This document shows positions 24,401-37,883 of a DNA stretch of 64,000 bases, in pieces. A program made the position numbers and the translations under genes. Under the pieces are notes generated by a model that worked only from the letters and a program-made list of their open reading frames with translations, was not told the DNA's origin and did not search any database. Source of the stretch: Felis catus (Eukaryota); the NCBI RefSeq assembly GCF_018350175.1, contig NC_058368.1, forward strand, positions 194,620,001-194,684,000, read 5' to 3'. The stretch's first letter is position 1, and each line of letters starts with the position of its first letter.

Positions 24401-26044
24401 AAGCTTAATAAAGGCAGAGAGTATGTCTATCTTGCTGTAGCTAATCCCCAACGGCAATACTGTAGGTGGTCCAAAAGTATTAGCTGAATGAAGTTTCTGA
24501 GAAAGATTCTTCATCCAAGATGATGGGTCACAAGCATGAAAGGCTTTCTGTGTGGCATGGACCCCTCATCCAAGATGGCTGACCAATAAGCATGGACAAA
24601 CATTTTGCTCATAATAGATTCAAAGAGAATAAAGACAGAGCAGAATCAAACATGTCTGTATTTCTTTGTAGTAATTTCTCGCCAAAAAAAAAAAAAATGT
24701 GTCTCATTAAGAATCATGTACTCTCATGGAAACATCATACCACCCTGAACGCACCCTATCTTGTCTGAAAGATCAAATATTCTATCCTCAAATTATTCCC
24801 TCCAACATGTATGAGTTTGCATTGTGTTTGCATGCATATAGACATAATGAATAAATCTGTTTGTGTTCAACCAAAAGAGGGATTATCTACACATGTAGGC
24901 AAAAAATCAGTTTCTGATCAAAATAACTGAGAAGTACCCATTATCCCAGCCAAATACAGGTATATATCTCCCTGTCCTCTCTTGGTGCCGTAATACCCAT
25001 ATTTCTTCATGACTCCAAATTATCACATTGAAATCTCTCTTCTATGATGAAAAAAAAATTATACAGGAAGATCCATAAAACTGATTCTTACCTTTGCATG
25101 GAACTTTTCAATTTATGAAGCGTTGACAAATGTATCACCTCTTTTTATCCTTAGGCAGACTATCATTTCCATTCCACAAATGAGGAAACTGAGGTCTAGA
25201 GAGATTAAATGGCTTTTACAAAGTATAACAGTTGATTTATAAAAAAATCCAAGATCAAAACCTGGGTATTTTGGCTCAAAGGGGAGATCAAAGTATAGGA
25301 CCCTAAACTGGTAAGTTTTGATCATAAAACAGTAACAGGACCTGGAAGCTGAGATGCTGTAGATGGTACAGCAGTGAGAGAGAAGTTTCTGTATATCCAA
25401 GCAATGGCCTTGTTGGAGAGAGAATTTGCCCAGACCTGGGTGAAAGGCTTCCAGTGGTCATTTCCTTTCCAGGGCATCTGGCCTCCCAGCTATTCCTTCT
25501 CCACTGGGATTAATCCATCACCAGACTCAGAGCCATTTTCCAAGTTATTAATCATTTGGGAGCAGTGCTGCCTCAGCAAGAACCCAGCAAGGTGACTGCT
25601 AAAAACCAAGAGAGGACAAAAGAAAACTAGAGATGGGCAGTGAGACAGCCAGCCAGAGGAACTCAAGACCAACACAGCAGCAGTCAGAGAGACACCGCAA
25701 TAGAGGTGCCAGGGACTGACGTTTAAATAGAACAGAGAGCAAGTGAGCGCATAGGACCACTGAACAATTTAAAATCATAATTCATCAACTCCTTCCCTAC
25801 CCAACCATCACTATAGTAAAATCCCTATTCTGGGTCTTGAAATTAGGCTATTCATTTCCAAACTGTGAAGTAAAGCCTTCGGTAGCTGATGAAGTTGGAA
25901 ATCTCCTTACCTAAAAATGAGCTGAAAACTATCTTTGAAGTCCATGCAGAAGGTGGTATAAATGTTCTACAGTCCATCTGCTGCCCTAGGTTGCAATCAC
26001 ATAGTATGTTCTGGCAGATTTGTCCAATGTTAAACTTCCCATTA

Positions 26045-26170
26045 CCAATGGATAGCTAATGCTGAGATTCAGCACTCAATGACAAGGAGCCTGAGATCAA
26101 GAATTGGATCCCATTTGAGCCAGTCTGCCTCCTCTGTCCCTTGATGGGGTACTGCCTCCCAACCCTAGTC
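26045..26170 (+). mobile_element. MamSINE1-like tRNA-derived head
   Basis: gagcctgagatcaagaattggatcccatttgagccagtctgcctcctctgtccc...actgcctcccaaccc resembles the recalled MamSINE1 5' region. Confidence 0.45.
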
Positions 26171-26191
26171 TCCCACTCAGCCTGTGAGTGT

Positions 26192-26616
26192 GACCACAAG
26201 CTATGCCTTGCTCCCACTAACAGACTAAAACCTAATCTCAGCTACAAATGACCAGACTTATCCCTGAAATTAGCCACAGATTTCCATCTAACCCTGGACA
26301 CAGAATTAGCCTTAACCCCAACCAATTATGAGCCTTCATCGGCCACAGAGTGAGACCATTCATTAATTCTTATTCAACAACTATTAAAGTGCCTACTGCG
26401 TTCCAGGCTGTCTTCTGGGCAATGGGGATACGGCAATTAATGAAATATTCATGCAAGATAAACAGAGAAAAAAGTTGATTAATTACAATTTTTGTTATGT
26501 ATTTACTGTGATGATTTAACTCCAGCATAAATTGTCTTCAGACCTCAGTCACAGATTGACTCATAACCCCCAGGCACAAACTGAGCCTTAATTCCAGCCA
26601 CAGACTGAGCCAGAGC
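26192..26616. repeat. Degenerate ~24-bp tandem repeat (consensus ~RGCCACAGACTGAGCCTTAACCCC), split by an L2 piece at ~26357-26500
   Basis: Units such as agccacagatttccatctaaccct, ggacacagaattagccttaacccc, aggcacaaactgagccttaattcc, agccacagactgagcc. Confidence 0.7.
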
Positions 26617-27084
26617 TGAGACGAGTATCTATGCCAACTAAAAATTTGGAGGAATTATAGAAAGAGCTTCTTAGAACCACTTCAGGCAATACTCGGATTA
26701 GATGCCCAATAAAGACCTGACAAGCTACAAAAGTAATCATTCAGTGTGTGGTGATGTGCAGAAAAGCCAATAAAGTTTCACAATGATATTGAAACAGACA
26801 GAGACAGACACACATGGAAACACACCCTAGTAGCATTGGCCAGGAGTGGGTGATAAAGTCTGCTGCGTGCACACTAATTATTACAGAGAATGACATGGAG
26901 GCAGAGGATACAGAAAACTAGGGGAGGCCAAGTAATGCCTGAAAAACTATCTAGAAAGGCGATGGGATTTGAAGGGCCAAAATAGGGAACAAAAAGAGGG
27001 ATTTCATACAGAGATATCAGCATGTCAAGCTGTAGAGTGTAAAATGCTCACACTCTGTATAAAAGACAAGATAGACATGTCTTT

Positions 27085-27130
27085 GACATCCTTTGGATTA
27101 GAGGATAGACATCCTTTGGATTAGAGGATA
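27085..27130. repeat. Perfect 23-bp tandem duplication
   Basis: gacatcctttggattagaggata x2. Confidence 0.95.
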
Positions 27131-28535
27131 CTATGGGATCAGGTGCATATGGAAGAGTGAGTGGGGTCATTTTATGGCCAGACTTACATGCCAGGCAGAG
27201 GCTCTCAACAGCAAGAGACTATGCTTATACATTCGGTTCAGTTTAGAAAACATTTATTAAGGATAAGCTATGAGCTTTTTATTTCTTTTTGTATGCCCAG
27301 AACTTAATCTTTCAGCAATACACAATTGATATGGAAGGGACATGAACAAGAGGGGGCCAAGGAAGAGAAAAGGGCAAGAGAAGAAGATGAGAAGGTTCTG
27401 CTGACAATTCTTCATCAATGATGCCATGACAGTATGACCAAGAACTTGGAAAGCTCTCTAGAAATAGATCTCATTGACTGAACAACCTTGAGTTGTTTAT
27501 GAGTGAACAGCAATTCTATAGCCTCCACATTGGAACTATCTGGAGTAGGCCTCCAACCCTACCCTGAATGTTCAGGAACACTAAAACAGTAGTTGAGCCT
27601 ACAAGGTTGAGGGATAGAGGTTGAGAAATAAGTCTTACTCACTACTGAATTGAATCCAGTAGGGTGTAAAAACCAGGGAAAGGTCACTTACTAAGCTCCT
27701 TCCCCAGATTTCCTTTAACTCCAAGAAACTCAAATTGAGTATTGTACCCACTGTCCCATTTGGCTCTGCCAAAGAGTCAAGTTATAGAGAAAAGAAGGAA
27801 AGGGATAAAAAAAGAGAAACTAATTCACTGCGATTGGGATTAATCCCACTCGAAGCCTCAATCCATGTTAGCAGGTAATCCAGTTAGTACAGTTTTCATG
27901 GGGAGCTTGGATAAATCCTTTAGCCTCTTTCTGGAACCACAGGCCCCTGAACAAATCAGCATTCATGAGGATATCCATCAATAACGCAGGAGATCTGGCA
28001 CTTTTCAGGCTTATCAACATGTTAGCCCAAATCAAGACCCCACTCAGGGTCGGAGCCTTCCCAGACATCACTAGCCCTTGCTGAATCTCATCTTGATAGT
28101 TTTAGATTACCCAACCCAGCTCTTACACTTTTAATCTTGTACTTCTCAAAAGCAATTTTATGTGTACTTAAACTATTGTTCCCAACCAGAAATCCTTGAG
28201 ATTAGGAATTGTGCTTTAGATATCTACAGACAGTCCACAGAAACACCCAGAATAGAGCTTGACACAGAGTAGGAGCTCAAAAAAAATATCCGCTAAAATG
28301 GGTTATTAATAACACTACCCTCTTAGAAACTAAGTTCAATACATATACCAATAACATGGAGTTTGGGTACTGGCCTCACCCTTCTCTCTAGGTTACCATA
28401 ATATGCTCTGCCACTATCTTGGGACTCATAATTTCACCTTGTAAATGGGAATGCAAATTTGTGTATAATTCTATACTGTTCTGGGCAAAATCATGCAGAT
28501 AAAATTCAACTCTAATATTTCCAATCTATGTTTAA

Positions 28536-29750
28536 ATTTTTTTATTGTGGTAAATGTATATACCATAAAATTTAGCATTTTAACTTTTTTTAAGTTTATT
28601 TATTTATATTCAGACAGAGACATAAAGAGTGAGTGAGGGAGAAGCAGAGAGAGAGGGGGAGAGAGAGAATCCCAAGCAGGCTCCACGCTGTTAGCACAGA
28701 ACCTAATATGGGGCTCAGTCCCACAAACAGTGAGATCATGACCTGAGCTGAAATACAGAGTCAGACACTTAACAGACTGAGCCTCCCAGGAGCACAACAT
28801 CTTAACTGTCTTTAAGTGCATAATCCAGTGCCTTACCATTATCTGTTTCCAAACTTCTTCATGATCCCAAACAGAAACTCTGTACCCATTAAACAATAAT
28901 TCTTCATTCTTCTCTCCCCCCAGCCCTGGTAACTTCTTATTTCTGTGTCTATGAATTTGCCTATTCTAGGTACCTCATAACAGTGGAATCACAATATCTG
29001 TCTTTTGTATCTGGCCTATTTCACTTAGCATAATGTGTCAAAATTCATGAGGTTGGGAAAAATAAATCCCATGTCGTAGCATGTATCTGAATTTCATTCC
29101 TTTTCTGGCCAAATGATTCTCTATTGTATGTATGTACAATACGTGTACATTTTATTTACTGATCGATCTGTTGATAAAGATTTGGGTTGTTTCTCTCGTT
29201 TGGCTATTGTGAATCAAGCTACTATGAACATGGGTCTGTAAGTGTCTATTTAAGTCCCTAATTTTAATTATTTTGGGAATATACCTAGGAGTGAAATTGC
29301 TGGATCATGTGATAATTCTATGTTTACCTTTTTGAGGAACTGATTTGCTTGCCACAGTAGCTGAACCATTTTACATTCTTACCAGCAATGCACAAGTGTT
29401 CCACATCCTCTCCAACACTTGTTCATTTCTGGGTCTTTTGTTGTTGTTGTTTTGTTTTGTTTTGTTTTTTATAATAGCCATCTTCATGGATGTGAAGTGC
29501 TATCTCATTATGGTTCTTATTTTTATTCTCTAATGATGAGTGATGTTGAACATCTTTTTCTGTACTTTTTGGTCATTCACACATCTTCTTTGGAGAAATA
29601 TCCATTCAAATTTGTTGCCCATTTTTAATTGGGTTTTTTTGTTTTTGTTGTTACGTTGTAGAAGTTCTTTATATTTTCTAGGTGTTAACCTTTTATCAGA
29701 TATATGATTAGCAAATATTTTCTTCCATTCTGGTTGTCTTTCTAATCTGT
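28536..29750 (-). mobile_element. Old L1 (L1MB-like) 3' fragment interrupted by a SINE
   Basis: tttattgtggtaaat...cccaaacagaaactctgtacccattaaacaataa...atatacctaggagtgaaattgctggatcat. Confidence 0.9.
28585..28794 (-). mobile_element. CAN-SINE nested in L1
   Basis: gagagaatcccaagcaggctccacgctg...gtgagatcatgacctgagctg. Confidence 0.93.
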
Positions 29751-30537
29751 TTTTTATGCCTCTTTCTCTTCTTTGTATATGGCCCTCTTTTCCCCTTACA
29801 GATCACATATTCTCAATGTATTTATACTGGTCCGTGAATACCCAAGAGGCCCCAGAGAGCCTTCCCAATAGCATCAGTGCACCCTAATTCAGCTACTATT
29901 CTCTTTCATCCTCATCATGATCATCATGATTAACTATTATCAGCTATCTCTTATTGTGAGTTACAATGTATCTGATACTCTAATATGAAGGTTAGGTACA
30001 ATTTCTCTTTATAGCAACTAAGAGAGTCATGCTACCATTATTCCCATTGACAGATAAGAAAACAGATTCAAGTTAATGACACAACGAAGAGAACACATGT
30101 AGTGGAAGGTTTTCAAATTAATGTTAATCCATAGAAGCTCTCATATCAAAAGAGATTATATCAACTAATTTACACTAAAATGCTAAATGACTTACCTCTA
30201 ACCAGGCCATCACTATTAAAGGCCATGTATTTATCCAGTGGAATTCCTTTCATGGTGGACATTTCAGGGACAAAGTCAGGGATATTTTAGAATAGTTGGT
30301 ACATGCCAAATTATTATGGATAGGTAATTGCTTGTTCTGCTCATAAGCAAGGACAATTCTTACACAAGTCTCCTGATTACCTAACAGTTAAGGGAAAAAG
30401 TCCTCCTCCTTGACAAACTCAGTCAATGAACTATCCTCTGGTGAAAAAGCATTGAGCAATATAGAGTGTCTGAGAAGCTCTCAGATCTGCTTCTAACTGT
30501 GTGGCTTTAGTCATTTCAGATATTACACGGAAATTAG

Positions 30538-30925
30538 TGTTTAGCTGAATTTTTTTCCCCAACATCCATATGCTGAAGCCCCAGCCACCAATGTGATGGT
30601 ATTTGGAGATGGATCTTTGAAAGTAAATTAGGGTTAGATGAGTTCATGAGGGTCAGGCCCTGGTCATGGGATTGATATCTCTCTTTTAAGAAGGAGAGAT
30701 GCCAGAATTCTTTCTCTCCACATGCATGCATCAGGGAAAGGCCATATGAGGACATAGCAAGAGGGCAATCATCGCCAAGCCAGTAAGAGATCTTACCAGA
30801 AATTCAATTGGCTAGAACCTTGATCTTGGACTTCTAGTCTCCCAAAAGGTGAGAAAATAAATTTCTCTTGTATAAGGCAACTGGTCTATGGTATTTTGTT
30901 ATGGCAGCCCATGCTGATTAGTACA
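30538..30925 (+). mobile_element. MaLR solo LTR (MLT1A-like)
   Basis: ccaatgtgatggtatttggagatgg...aattagggttagatgagttcatgaggg...ctatggtattttgttatggcagccc...gtaca; ttag on both flanks. Confidence 0.88.
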
Positions 30926-31640
30926 TTAGCTATAGAATCTTCAATGTCTTTTACTAGGACTTATTTTTCTGTTAGATGACTATACAATGCCATTCCATCT
31001 ATGGGTCACCTAATGTTACCTCATTTGCCTAGTAAGCAGTCCTACATTTGACAGAAGGATCAATGATTTAACACAGCCTAGTAAGCGAAGTCAGGAAGAC
31101 ACCATGTCTGCAAGCTGTGCGTATGTTTTATCAACAGTGACATGAGTAAAATACCTGGGTCATTGCAATAACTTCCTTCTTTGGCTGTTGTATGGACCAA
31201 ACAAGCATAGAATGTGCCTACCACCAATGCACTGAGTTTTCCCCTGAAGTCATATGATTTTTTTTTCCTTCTTTACCCTAAATTCCTATCATACGCAGTG
31301 CTGCAGATTTGCAACTAAAACCAAAGGGTTCAAAGTCAGACTGTACGACTTGCAAGCTGGATAAGTTTGAGAAAGTCAATTATTCTCTCTTAGCCTTATT
31401 TTACTCATCAGGAAAACAGTGGTAACAATAACTGCTCTTTGTTATTCTATTATGAGGGAAAACATAACAATTCACAGAGTAAAGAGAAGTTCCAATTCCA
31501 TCAATAATAGATTAGCTTGTATTGAACTAACCCAGCTACAAATAATAATAATAAGTTGTGAATGAGATACTTTTTAAAAAACAAAACTATCTTAAGGTAC
31601 TTAGAGTGATCAAAAGCAGGCAGTAACTGGAGTGTATTCT

Positions 31641-31860
31641 TTTTTTTTAAGTTTATTTATTTATTTTGAGAGAGAGAGAGAGAGAGAGAAAGAGACAGAG
31701 AGCTAGAGAGAGGCAGACAGAGGCAGAGACAGAATCTCAAGCAGGCTCCATGCTGTCAGCACAGAGCCCAACATGGGGCTTGAACTCATGAACCATGAGA
31801 TCATGACCTGAGCAGAAATCTAGAGTTGAGACTAATAACCAACTCAACCACTCAACACTC
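31641..31860 (-). mobile_element. CAN-SINE
   Basis: Flanks ctggagtgtattct / ctggagtatattct. Confidence 0.93.
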
Positions 31861-32472
31861 CTGGAGTATATTCTATCCATGAAAGCAGGAAGCCACAGGC
31901 TTAAGATCCATGTTTATTTTTTCCTGAGGACATCTCTGGTCCACATGGTGCAGACTACATTGTATTCATCCAGAAAGCTGCAGTCTTGTTGGCTAAAAGC
32001 ATCAGAAGATTTCATTGCTACCACAGTTGCTCAAAACTGATGAAAAAGATACAGGAAACCTATAGAGTGGGAAGCACAAAAACCTGAGTGTAAACATTTC
32101 TCAAATCTTTGGCCCACTCCAGAATAGAGTGAAGACAGGTTCAGTGAGTTCAGCTGAAATCAACAGTGGAAGGCAACAGACCTAACGTGACATTTTAGCC
32201 ACTGCCCCGTTCAGAGGAGACAGTTTTGGGGGGTTTAACCACGTTAGAAATGCTTGATAAACGCCTTGGGCTTTCCCTTAATGCTCCAGAAAAGCTGTAA
32301 CACAGGGGAAAGATTCTGTCTCAGAATTAAGGGATTCTCATAAGGATTAAGAGCAAATGAGAAACATACATACTCTAAAGATGTATCAAATCAATCCTTC
32401 ACAAGTTCAACATGATGACTCAGTAGCTTCCTAAGAGAGGGACAAGTTTTTTAAACATAAAGTATCTACAAT

Positions 32473-32698
32473 GGGGTGCCTGGGTGGCTCAGTCAGTAGA
32501 GCGTCCAACTTTGACTCAGGTCATGATCTCATGGTCTGTGAGTTTGAGCACTGTGTCAGGCTCTGTGCTGACAGCTCGGAGCCTGGAGCCTGGTTCAGAT
32601 TCTGTGTCTCCCTCTCTCTCTGCCCCTCCCCTACTCATTCTCTCTCTCTTTCTCTCTCTCTCTCTGTCAAAAATAAACATTAAAAGAAAATTTTAAAA
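32473..32698 (+). mobile_element. CAN-SINE
   Basis: TSD aaagtatctacaat. Confidence 0.95.
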
Positions 32699-32819
32699 AA
32701 AGTATCTACAATGCATCATCCACAATATCCAATATTACTGTATGTGAGAAGAAAAGAAAAACACAACCAAAATCAAGGGAGAAGGCAAGTCATAGAAATA
32801 GACCTCCAGAGGGTCATAG

Positions 32820-32867
32820 ATGTAATTATCAGCCATATTAGGAATGTAATTATCAGCCATATTAGGA
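32820..32867. repeat. Perfect 24-bp tandem duplication
   Basis: atgtaattatcagccatattagga x2. Confidence 0.95.
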
Positions 32868-34264
32868 ATGGGTTCAAAAAGTTAAATGAAAAAATATAGT
32901 TATAATGAATAAAGAGAGGGAATTAGCAAAAGGGAAATTTAAGTTATAAGAAAGAACCAAGTGGTAATTCTAGCAATAACACATGTAATGTTAGATATGA
33001 AATATTCATCAAATGGAATTAACAGCAGAATGAAAACTACAGGCAAAGGGGTTAGCAAACTTGGAAGGAGATCAATAGAAATTACCCAATTTTAAGAAGA
33101 GAGGGAAAAGTACTTGGAAAAAATGTGAACAGAGTTTCAATGACCTAAGCATCCTAACGTGTGTAATTAGAGACTCATAGGGATATGAAAGAGAAAAATG
33201 AATAAAATGTAATTAAAGAAATAATGGCTGAAAACTTTCCAAATACTGTGAAAAAGATCAAATCAGAGATAAAAATCACAGAAAACACCAAGTACAATTA
33301 ATATAAAGAAAATCCTATATCAGAAATTCCTACAAGTGAAAGATAAAGAGAAAGATCTTAAAAGCAACCAGAGACAAAAGGCTTATTAAATACAGAAGAT
33401 AAAAATATTATGATGACTGATTTCTCCTCAAAGAGAACAGAAGCACTATAAGCCAATGCAATAGTGTATTTAAAGTTGAAAAAAATAAAATTGTTAATGT
33501 ATAAATCTATATCCACTGAAAATATCCTTCAAAACTGAAGGTAAAATAAAACACATTATTCAGATAAATAGATGTTGGGAGAATGAATTACTAGTACATC
33601 TGTACATACAAGTGGTAAAGGAAGTTTTTCAGGCTGAAAACAGAGGAAATGAAGACTGAATGAAACTTTAGATTTATAGAAATTTCAAACACCAGAACTG
33701 ATAAATAGGTAGGTTAAAATGAAATTTAGATATCTATTTTCTTCTAATTTCTTTAAAAGATAAATGATGAATTACATTTTACATAATAAACTACAATATA
33801 GAAAACAATCTTTGCAACTTGAGCTAGGCAAAGATTTCTTAGATGCAACATGAAAAAGATGATTTATAAAAGAAAAAAATTGACAAACTGGAGTGCATCA
33901 AAATTCAAAACATCTACTCTACAAAAGACACTGGTAAGAGAATGAAAAGAGGGCAGACAGGAGAAATATTTGCAAAACACATGTCTGGCAGTAGACTTTT
34001 ATCCAGAATATATAAAGAACCTTCAAAGCACAATAAAAGTAAACAAGCCAATTTTTTTTTTAAGTTGGGAAAAGGATTTGAATAGACATTTCAATAAAGA
34101 AGACATGTGGATGACAACTAAGCACATGAAAACAGGCTCAACATCATTAGCCATTAAGAAAATGCAAATTAAAACCACACTAAGATTCTACTATACATCT
34201 ATTAGAATGATACCCACCTTTCCACAAAAAAGAAAAAGAGGCACATGCTGGAGAGAATGGGGAA

Positions 34265-34721
34265 TATATTAATTTCCCAGGACTGCCATAATAAATCACC
34301 ACATACTTGGTGGTTTAAAACACAGAAATCTGTTCTCTCACAGTCTGGAGGCTAGAAATCCAAAATCAAGGTGTCAGCACAGACATGCCCCCTCTGAAAT
34401 CCTCTCAGGAAGAATCCTTCCCTGTCCCTCCCTAATTTCTGGTTGTTGCTGGTAATTCCTGGTGTTCTTGGCTTATTACTACATGACTACAATTTCTACC
34501 TCTATCTTCACATGACTGTTTTCCCTCTATTTGTGTGTCTCGAAATCTCTCCTTAAAAGGACACCAGTCATTGGATTTAGGGCCCTCTCTATTTCAGTCT
34601 GACCTCACCTTACCTTGATTATATCTGCCAAGACACTATTTCCAAATAAGGTCACGTTCACCAGTACCAGGGTTTCAAAAGTCAACATATCTTTTGGGGG
34701 ACACAATGCATCCACAATACA
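34265..34721 (-). mobile_element. MaLR solo LTR (MLT1C-like) nested in L1
   Basis: ctctcacagtctggaggctagaaatccaaaatcaaggtgtcagc...ggacaccagtcattggatttagggccc...tttccaaataaggtcac. Confidence 0.88.
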
Positions 34722-34938
34722 GAACAACTACAACTCTCAGAGTTACTGGTAGAAATGCAAAATGTTACAACCATTTTCCAACAGAATTTGGCAGTTTATT
34801 ATAAAGCTAGGTATACACTTAACCATGTGACTCTAACAACCCCACTCTTAAGTCATCCAAGACAATGAATATTTCTGTGGACACAAAACCACTATAGAAA
34901 AGCTTATAGTAACTTTATTTATAATAAGAAAAACTCTT

Positions 34939-35185
34939 GGGGCACCTCAGTGGCTCATTTGGTTAAGTGTCTAACTTTTGATTTTGGCTTAGGTCATGAT
35001 CTCACAGTTTGTAAGTTTGTGCCCCAGGTCAGGTTCTGCACTGACAGCATGGAGCCTGCTTGGGATTCTGTCTCTCCCTCTCTGTCTGTCCCTCTCTCAT
35101 TCGTGTGCACACGCATGTGCATGTGTTCTCTCTCTCTCAAAAACAAATCAGCAAACGTTAAAAAAAAAGAAAAAAGAAAAAGGAA
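34939..35185 (+). mobile_element. CAN-SINE nested in L1
   Basis: ggggcacctcagtggctc head; flanking repeat aaaactctt. Confidence 0.92.
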
Positions 35186-36362
35186 AACTCTTAATAGACG
35201 CAATAATATGGACGAATCTCAAGGTATTTTCCTACATGAAGCTCTCATGTACTGTTGGTGGGAATATAAAATGGTCCAAACACTCTGGAAAATATTCAAT
35301 GGTTTCTTAAAAAGTTGAAAATCGTCCCACCTCAAGACCCAACAGGAAAGAAAACCCATATGAACCAAAAAATCTTCAAAGCCACTTTATTTGGAATACC
35401 TCAAAACTGGAAATAACTATCAATAGGTGAGTGGTTAACCAAAACATGGCATATTCCTTCAGTGGAATACTACTCATCAATAAGGGAAAAAAGCTAATAA
35501 AACCTAAAATAGTATGGATGAATCTTAAAAACATGCTGATTTAAGGAAGCCAAACTCAAATTCTAATGCTGTGCGATTTCACATATATTTAGTCTTTGAA
35601 CAGGCAGAACCATTACATGCTATTAGGGAAGCAGGGGTTTCCTTTGAGAAAATGGGGACTGGCCTGTGGCATATAGGCACTTACTGGGGTATTGGAAATG
35701 TTGTGAATTTCTTGACTGGGATCGTGCTTTCATGGGTATATATACAGATATATTTACTAAAACTTACCAAGTTGTACACATAAGATTTGGAGATTTCACG
35801 GTATGTATGTTTTATTTCCATACCATTTATATAATATGTACCCAGTAGAGTCTCCAGCAACCGTGCCTTGGACACAGTTTGCACTCAGTTTATGCTAGTT
35901 GCTTCATTGGAATTGTCTACCCCTGCCAACTTCACAGCTGAGAAATGGGATCTCCTGCGGATAGTGGCATGGTCTCTACATTTGTATCCACATCCAGTGT
36001 CTAGCATAGTGCTGACACTCAAAGATATTTGTTGAATAAAAGAATGAATGGGTTCAATGCATGCAATACCAGAATTACAAGTGAAGGTTTTCCATTCTAA
36101 CCTCTCATTCAATGCTTAAACCCCCCTCCACTTTTAGCTTCCTTTTATGAGGTCACCTAATCTGGGTTGTACTTTAACCTGGCAGGACAATCGTCATTTC
36201 ACAAGGCAAACTATTTCATTGTTGTCCAGCTTACATTGAGCAAAAAAAAAAAAAAATCTCTTTCTCCAATATTTACTTTTAGGACTAGCCGGGGACCTCA
36301 CAGTGTAATTACAATCGCCTTCCTCACGGCAGGGGTAGGATTGGCCTCTGTGGAACAGGAAA

Positions 36363-36490
36363 CAGGGCTAGGACTAGGGCCAAGTAGGTGAGGCACCAGC
36401 CTCAGGGGCAAAACTTAAGGAGGAGGCAAAAACACAGTAAGCAAGATAAACAGTATCTTCACAAAATATTTTAAGAAATCAAATAAGCAA
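36363..36490. mobile_element. MER53-like hAT MITE fragment
   Basis: cagggctaggactaggg...gtgaggcac...gcaaaacttaagg...cagtaagcaagataaa. Confidence 0.7.
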
Positions 36491-36949
36491 ACTGGAGCCC
36501 ACAGAGCAAACCACAGCCCACCAGGGCAAACCTCAAAAAGCTTAATGAAGCTTTTCTCTTCGGGCTGAAGCACAGGATTACATTTCAAGCTTCACCAAAC
36601 CATTGCCTATTTTTTTAAGGGATATTTTTGTTTGTTCTTTAATAACCCCCCGAAGCTAAGGCCTCCTACGCCGAATAACAAATGAATCCACCTCCCAGCA
36701 TGCCCTGAAGGCTGCTTTTCCATCAAGCAAACTTGGAGTCAGTCTTCTAGTGATAAAGCAGCCTCAAGGATTATAGTCTGCCTTTTCGGAAAGTGACAAA
36801 ACAGACCTCCTGGAGCAAGTATGTACATAACCAGCTGTGATGTTGCCCAGGCCACTTCAGGAGAAACAAAAGAGGAGGTGGGAGGTTCAAATCAAGACAG
36901 CATTTGCTCCTTTATTGCCCTCCCCCTTTTCTTTCATTCATAACGACCT

Positions 36950-37200
36950 AAAGCATGGCGATCCTCAGAGCTATCTTCCTTCAGCACCTACCCAGTGCTA
37001 GACACTGGGCTTGGTACCTGTCATGCTTATTTCTTAATCTTCAAAACAGCCTTGCAAATGAAGCACTGTTGTTTGCCTCTGACTCTCTAAGACTCAGAGA
37101 TGTGAAGTATCGAGCCCAGGATTGCACAGCTGACTTTGGTGGTAGGACTAGGAGTCAAATCTGTATCCACTGACGTCAAAATGGTGCACTCTTCAACCTG
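36950..37200 (-). mobile_element. MIR SINE
   Basis: cagcacctacccagtgctagacactgggc...ctaagactcagagatgtgaagtatcgagcccaggattgcacagct. Confidence 0.7.
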
Positions 37201-37233
37201 CCCCGGATAAGAGCCTTGGACCTAGTTCCTGGG

Positions 37234-37700
37234 CAGTAATTCTCCAACTTCACTCATTTATTCTCATCTTGATTTTGCCAGATCTGTGTACAAGTACCAT
37301 AATCTGCACTATGATATACATAAGATTCTTTTTTATAAGTCAACTCATTTTTGCTTAAATAAATTTTAAATAGAACAGAAGTAAAATTTTAAAGAAACTT
37401 TAGATCAATTCATGAGTTGAAAATGAATATCATTTGTCATATGTGCAAAATATATACAAGGCAAGCAACACAAAGTCATTAAATTCTGCCCAGGCACTCT
37501 TGCCTACCTAATGCTGTGACCCGGAGACCTGTACATTCTGCTAAAAAAGGGACATAAGCAAGGGCTTGAGAGGTGTTAAAGTCAAATTAGAACCCAATAG
37601 AGACTTTGCCTTTAACGGAATACCTACTTCCATGTCTAGGTGACACCAAAATTCACCTTGAGCACCCCCTGTGGCTGGGGTTCCTCACACACTCAAGTAC
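37234..37700. mobile_element. hAT-Charlie element (MER113-like)
   Basis: gattttgccagatctgtgtac...aactcatttttgcttaaataaatt...attaaattctgcccagg...gagaggtgttaaag. Confidence 0.6.
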
Positions 37701-37883
37701 TGCAGAATCTTTCAGACAGTCATGCAGTGTCTTATCCACAACACATTCCATCCCAATCACCATGACTGAAGTCTTTAGAGTGACAGGAAGTTGGGAGACC
37801 CATATTCTTGTATGGACTCTACCACGCACCAGCTATAGGATCTGAGGCAACTTACATCAACTTTCTACACTTCAGTTTCTTCC

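Larger units (their letters stand above)
31480..35830 (+). mobile_element. Old L1M composite: probable 5' region, ORF1 remnant (~32900-33750), ORF2 end/3'UTR (~33790-35830), with nested SINEs and an LTR
   Basis: ORF1-like aaagaaataatggctgaaaactttccaaat and aaatatccttcaaaactgaaggtaaaataaa; ORF2-like ggcaaagatttcttagat and aagaaaatgcaaattaaaaccaca; 5' boundary uncertain. Confidence 0.75.

Noticed and set aside
26192..26616. CRISPR-like or telomeric array
   Set aside because: Units are tandem and degenerate with no unique spacers, there are no cas genes, the context is eukaryotic, and there is no (TTAGGG)n run
33970..34272. ORF resembling L1 ORF2 C-terminus
   Set aside because: Decayed L1 fragment; not an intact gene
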